From Microthyrium microscopicum (lineage: Eukaryota), in NCBI GenBank assembly GCA_010405405.1, contig MU004242.1, positions 915,769 through 979,768 on the forward strand: DNA of 64,000 nt, written 5' to 3'. Position numbers and translations under genes: made by a program. This document shows, piece after piece, positions 60,519 to 64,000 of the stretch (the stretch's first letter is position 1; each line of letters begins with the position of its first letter). The notes beneath the pieces are model-generated. The model saw nothing but the letters and a program-made list of their open reading frames with translations. It made no database searches and was not told where the DNA came from.

Positions 60519-61464
60519 GAAGGACAATTGTAAGTCGGAAGTACATATACCAGTTAGCAATACCAATGCAGGATGACAATCTGCCATTCTGAAAGATAGT
60601 ATATGTCTCGCTCGTCTTATGTTATGTGCAGCAGCTGTAAAATTCCCTTTCAAATACATTGAACGATTGGGTCTTACTTGCTATAAGTGCTACTTTGTCT
60701 ACAATCATGCTATGTTTATTATATCCGCCCAGGTACTACCTAACGTGTATTTGTTAATGCATTGGTAACATCCCATTTTGCTCAGGAATTGTTGCATGCA
60801 GGTACTGTCATGAAAAAGAGAGATAGACTTAAACTATAATCTTGGTTATAATTTGTTAACTAATGCTACCTAGGTAGATTTTTAAACTAAGAGCCACTTT
60901 AGACCTCTTGATTATGCCCAGAAGATCGTGCACATATAAAGATAGGCAGAAGTACGGAAATGCCTGCCAGTAGTTCATAATAAACCGATCATCTGCTTCC
61001 TATACTAAGATATATTAGCTTATACCGACAAACGGAGCCATCATGAACTTATGGTCCTATGAGATCCTGTAACACATTATGTACGATCAAATCAAAGGTT
61101 AGTTAACAGGAGGTCAGATAAATGAATGGCTGAGAACATGCTTGCCTACCATCTACCTCAATCTAGGTGTCTCCTGCGACACTTTTCCATTGAAGATATC
61201 AAAATATCATGAAAATACATAGTTGTAATTCACGCAATGAACATATGTCTACATATAACCAGAATATGGGGTTGTCAACATCATGCGACTAGTTTAATTC
61301 ACAACTAGAAAGAAAGCAAGTATAAAAACGAATGTTCTCTCCTGATATGCGGTTTTCATTTCCACCATCTTCTTCCTTCCACATCTGTTCCGACAAGTAA
61401 TTTACAATACTACACTCTCCATACCGCCTCTAAGACCCTTAGAACACACAGACAAGCTCTAGAT

Positions 61465-61836
61465 ATGGCGGACTACGACGACGATTACGAGCATGACGGT
61501 GGCTACGACTATGGTGATGATGATAACAATTATGACGGCGATAACAACGAGGGCAGCTATCAGGACGAAGAATACGACTATCAGGGCGAGGAGGACGACT
61601 ATCAAGAGGAAGAACACGACGAGGGAGAAGGAAGCAACGAGGAGGAAGAGAACAACGAGGAGTATAACAACAACGAGGAAGAAGAGAACAACGAGGAAGA
61701 AGAGAATAACGAAGACGAAGAGAACGAGGAGGAAGGAGACGGAGGAGGGCATTGGGATCTTTACTCAAGACAAAGGTGAGAATGAAGCTCATTTTCTTTC
61801 CAAACGACCATCTAACCAGTTATATACAGACCATGA
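61465..61836 (+). CDS. Small hyper-acidic low-complexity protein (Asp/Glu/Asn/Tyr/Gly-rich)
   Basis: TATAAAA at 61321, ATG 61465, repeated GAG/GAA/AAC codons, intron 61776-61829 (gtgaga...ctaac...cag) just before the stop. Confidence 0.65.
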
Positions 61837-62582
61837 GGATAGTTAGGAACTTAACAAAGTTCCCCTATTCCGCAGCCAGCAGCCAACAAGCACAGCAGTG
61901 TGGCCAAACGGATTGTCTCCCTTTATAGACCAAGATAGGCTTAGATATAATGAACATTGTCACCTAGATCATGCCTGATATATGAGTGAATGCCGTAGTC
62001 ATCAAACAACTTTAATCATAACTACAAGCAAAATTGTGTAAGATTCATCTTGTTCTACGAGATATCAACAACAATTTGATTCAACATCCGTTAGTTCAGG
62101 AAGCCGTAGCTTCATAGAACTGCCAAGGACCATGTTTGACAGATAGGCATGGGGCTCTGAGCTACTGGATCAACTTGGGGGCGCCATTCAAGAGATGTCT
62201 ATCACTCAGGCCGCGTAACTCTATTTACCTTGATGGTATCACTTGCTATCATTGTTTTTAGACTCACCTTCACAGTAAAATAGGCCTTGGTTAAAGGTGC
62301 AGTCTTTAAACACGGGGCTTGAGTCACATCTTCGCCTTGTCAGAAAGTCACTGTATGCCTGATTTGCAGACCATTGGCAGGTATAAATTCCAAGCAATTC
62401 TAGCGCTGGCTTTTTGTTCCTAAAAAACTTTACACACATTGCCATCCGGTCTTTCCAACATCTTCTTCATGCAAACCACGAGTGCGACGCTCCTTGGATA
62501 TCACTTTCAAGCAGCTGAGATGAGTTGCAGACATGGATCTCGTCATTACAAAGATTCATTCCTCCGGTCATCCTCAGCATGA

Positions 62583-62601
62583 TAGGTAGGTAGGTAGGTA
62601 G
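62583..62601 (+). repeat. (TAGG)n microsatellite
   Basis: taggtaggtaggtaggtag; the complementary (TACC)n form is at about 59908-59920. Confidence 0.8.
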
Positions 62602-63368
62602 CATATTATGGCGCAGGAAGTCTTTCGCACTTATTTTATATATAAATGCAAATCTTGACTGACCACTGAGCGACTGGCCAGTTGTCCGAATCTAATTGAC
62701 TAAAAGCATTCAATTGCAATTTGCTCCATACGAAAATACAATTGCCTTCTTTTCGCATTGCATAACTTACACTCTTTTCTAGCACCTAACAGACTATGTA
62801 AATCAAAATTAAATCAGCCCTAACTACCTAGGTACTCAGAGAAGCAGCACTACGGAAGCAGAGAACAACATGCCTACCTAGGTACTGAATCAGACTGCCG
62901 TCTGCAGCATCCATCTGGTTCTATATATTATCAAATTTCAACTCCCCTATATACGAATGGAGCATTCTCAGACGCCTCACAACGAACATGCGAATATCCG
63001 ACCGCATTCCTTAATTTCTTTCGGAGTGTAGGTCACGGTTTGCCATGCTCATGTCGACATTTCCCACCAAAGACAAGAGCATGTAAGTTCACCTCATAAC
63101 TCAGCAACAATATCACCTAAAAAGATTCGGAGTTGCTTCGGCAAATCATCCCGGAATCAATACTCAAGTGACCTTACTAACAGGTACAATGGTCTTTGAG
63201 CGGCGACAGCTGTGTTATGACTAGCGCCTTACCTTCATAATTTTCTTTTCTCAACCACCGTGAGACCTACATCACTCCAAACACCAACACGTCCTTCGAT
63301 TCAAATTTCAAGACCGCAAAAAAAGCTCTGGTGCGGGCCACCATTTCCATCAAATTTCACAAGACAGC

Positions 63369-64000
63369 ATGGCCTCCGAAAACTCAGATTTACTCCATAG
63401 CGATGGCGACAACGTCATGCCGAGCGACACGACTCAAAGCGGCGCCGTGATTCAGATCGCTCCAGTCAGCTACCTTCGAAACAAAGTCCCTCCCGAGATA
63501 AGGCTGATGATATTTGAGCATCTCCTGGTCAGCAATCAGCCTCATACCGCAGCCTTTCTTCAACTATTTACCGGTTCCTATATCGCCGCAGTCAATACGA
63601 AGAACGGATTCCTCCGTCACGATCATGCCAAACCGGAACAAAGCGAACAAGCCAGCACTAAGGATCCCATAGACCACTTTCTGCTGTCAGCGGGAGGACC
63701 GCTGTATGGGTACAGCGATGTGCTTGATAATTATGGTGTACATCCGCAAATCTTAGCCACGTGTCGTTTATTCCACGATGAAGGATTGCCCATTCTTTAC
63801 AGCAACGCGACATTCAAAATCGAACAAGTATTTAGGCAAACATTAATGGATGTCGTAGAGAGCGAATGGTTTCCACGTGCGGTCACCTATTCCATGCAGA
63901 AGCCATTGACTCCTAACTTTGAGAGTTTTGTCACCCGTGTCAACATATCAACAATGATGCACATTCCGCCTCATCGGCTTGACCTCCCATCCGAATGGCT
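63369..64000 (+). CDS. 5' part of an F-box-like fungal hypothetical protein (truncated by the window end)
   Basis: Open from ATG 63369: YLRNKVPPEIRLMIFEHLLV ... HPQILATCRLFHDEGLPILYSNATF. Confidence 0.7.
   Translation, partial: MASENSDLLHSDGDNVMPSDTTQSGAVIQIAPVSYLRNKVPPEIRLMIFEHLLVSNQPHTAAFLQLFTGSYIAAVNTKNGFLRHDHAKPEQSEQASTKDPIDHFLLSAGGPLYGYSDVLDNYGVHPQILATCRLFHDEGLPILYSNATFKIEQVFRQTLMDVVESEWFPRAVTYSMQKPLTPNFESFVTRVNISTMMHIPPHRLDLPSEW

Noticed and set aside
61439..61792. Antisense hydrophobic and Arg/Pro-rich ORFs
   Set aside because: Shadow frames of the low-complexity acidic gene.
62583..62601. Telomere-like repeat
   Set aside because: Unit is TAGG, not TTAGGG, and the tract is short and internal.
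1..64000. CRISPR arrays, prophage, autonomous transposons
   Set aside because: Eukaryotic DNA; no repeat-spacer array and no reverse transcriptase, integrase or transposase ORF seen.

Overview
Gene-dense genomic DNA of a filamentous ascomycete (Pezizomycotina), judged from short GT-AG introns with CTRAC branch sites and a dispersed 5S rRNA gene. About 27 protein genes can be modelled. Recognisable ones are RAD54, a SET-domain protein, a GT4 trehalose phosphorylase/synthase, inositol monophosphatase, an Old Yellow Enzyme, a Pho84-like transporter, a free-standing DUF2156 (ErgS-like) transferase, a stand-alone CDH-cytochrome (AA8) close to an AA9 LPMO, a sedolisin, F-box-like proteins and several small secreted proteins. 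The best candidate for an undescribed system is a cluster of three highly diverged paralogs of a family I do not recognise (29.6-35.3 kb). They share an N-terminal domain, a C-terminal domain and one intron position but differ in the linker, and they are preceded by a 67-bp palindromic MITE-like element. Also notable are two apparently ER-resident oddities (SET domain ending LDEL; degenerate Hsp70-type ATPase fold ending KDEL) and an AA9 with a non-canonical second copper sphere. All gene models and alignments were made by eye; no database search was run.
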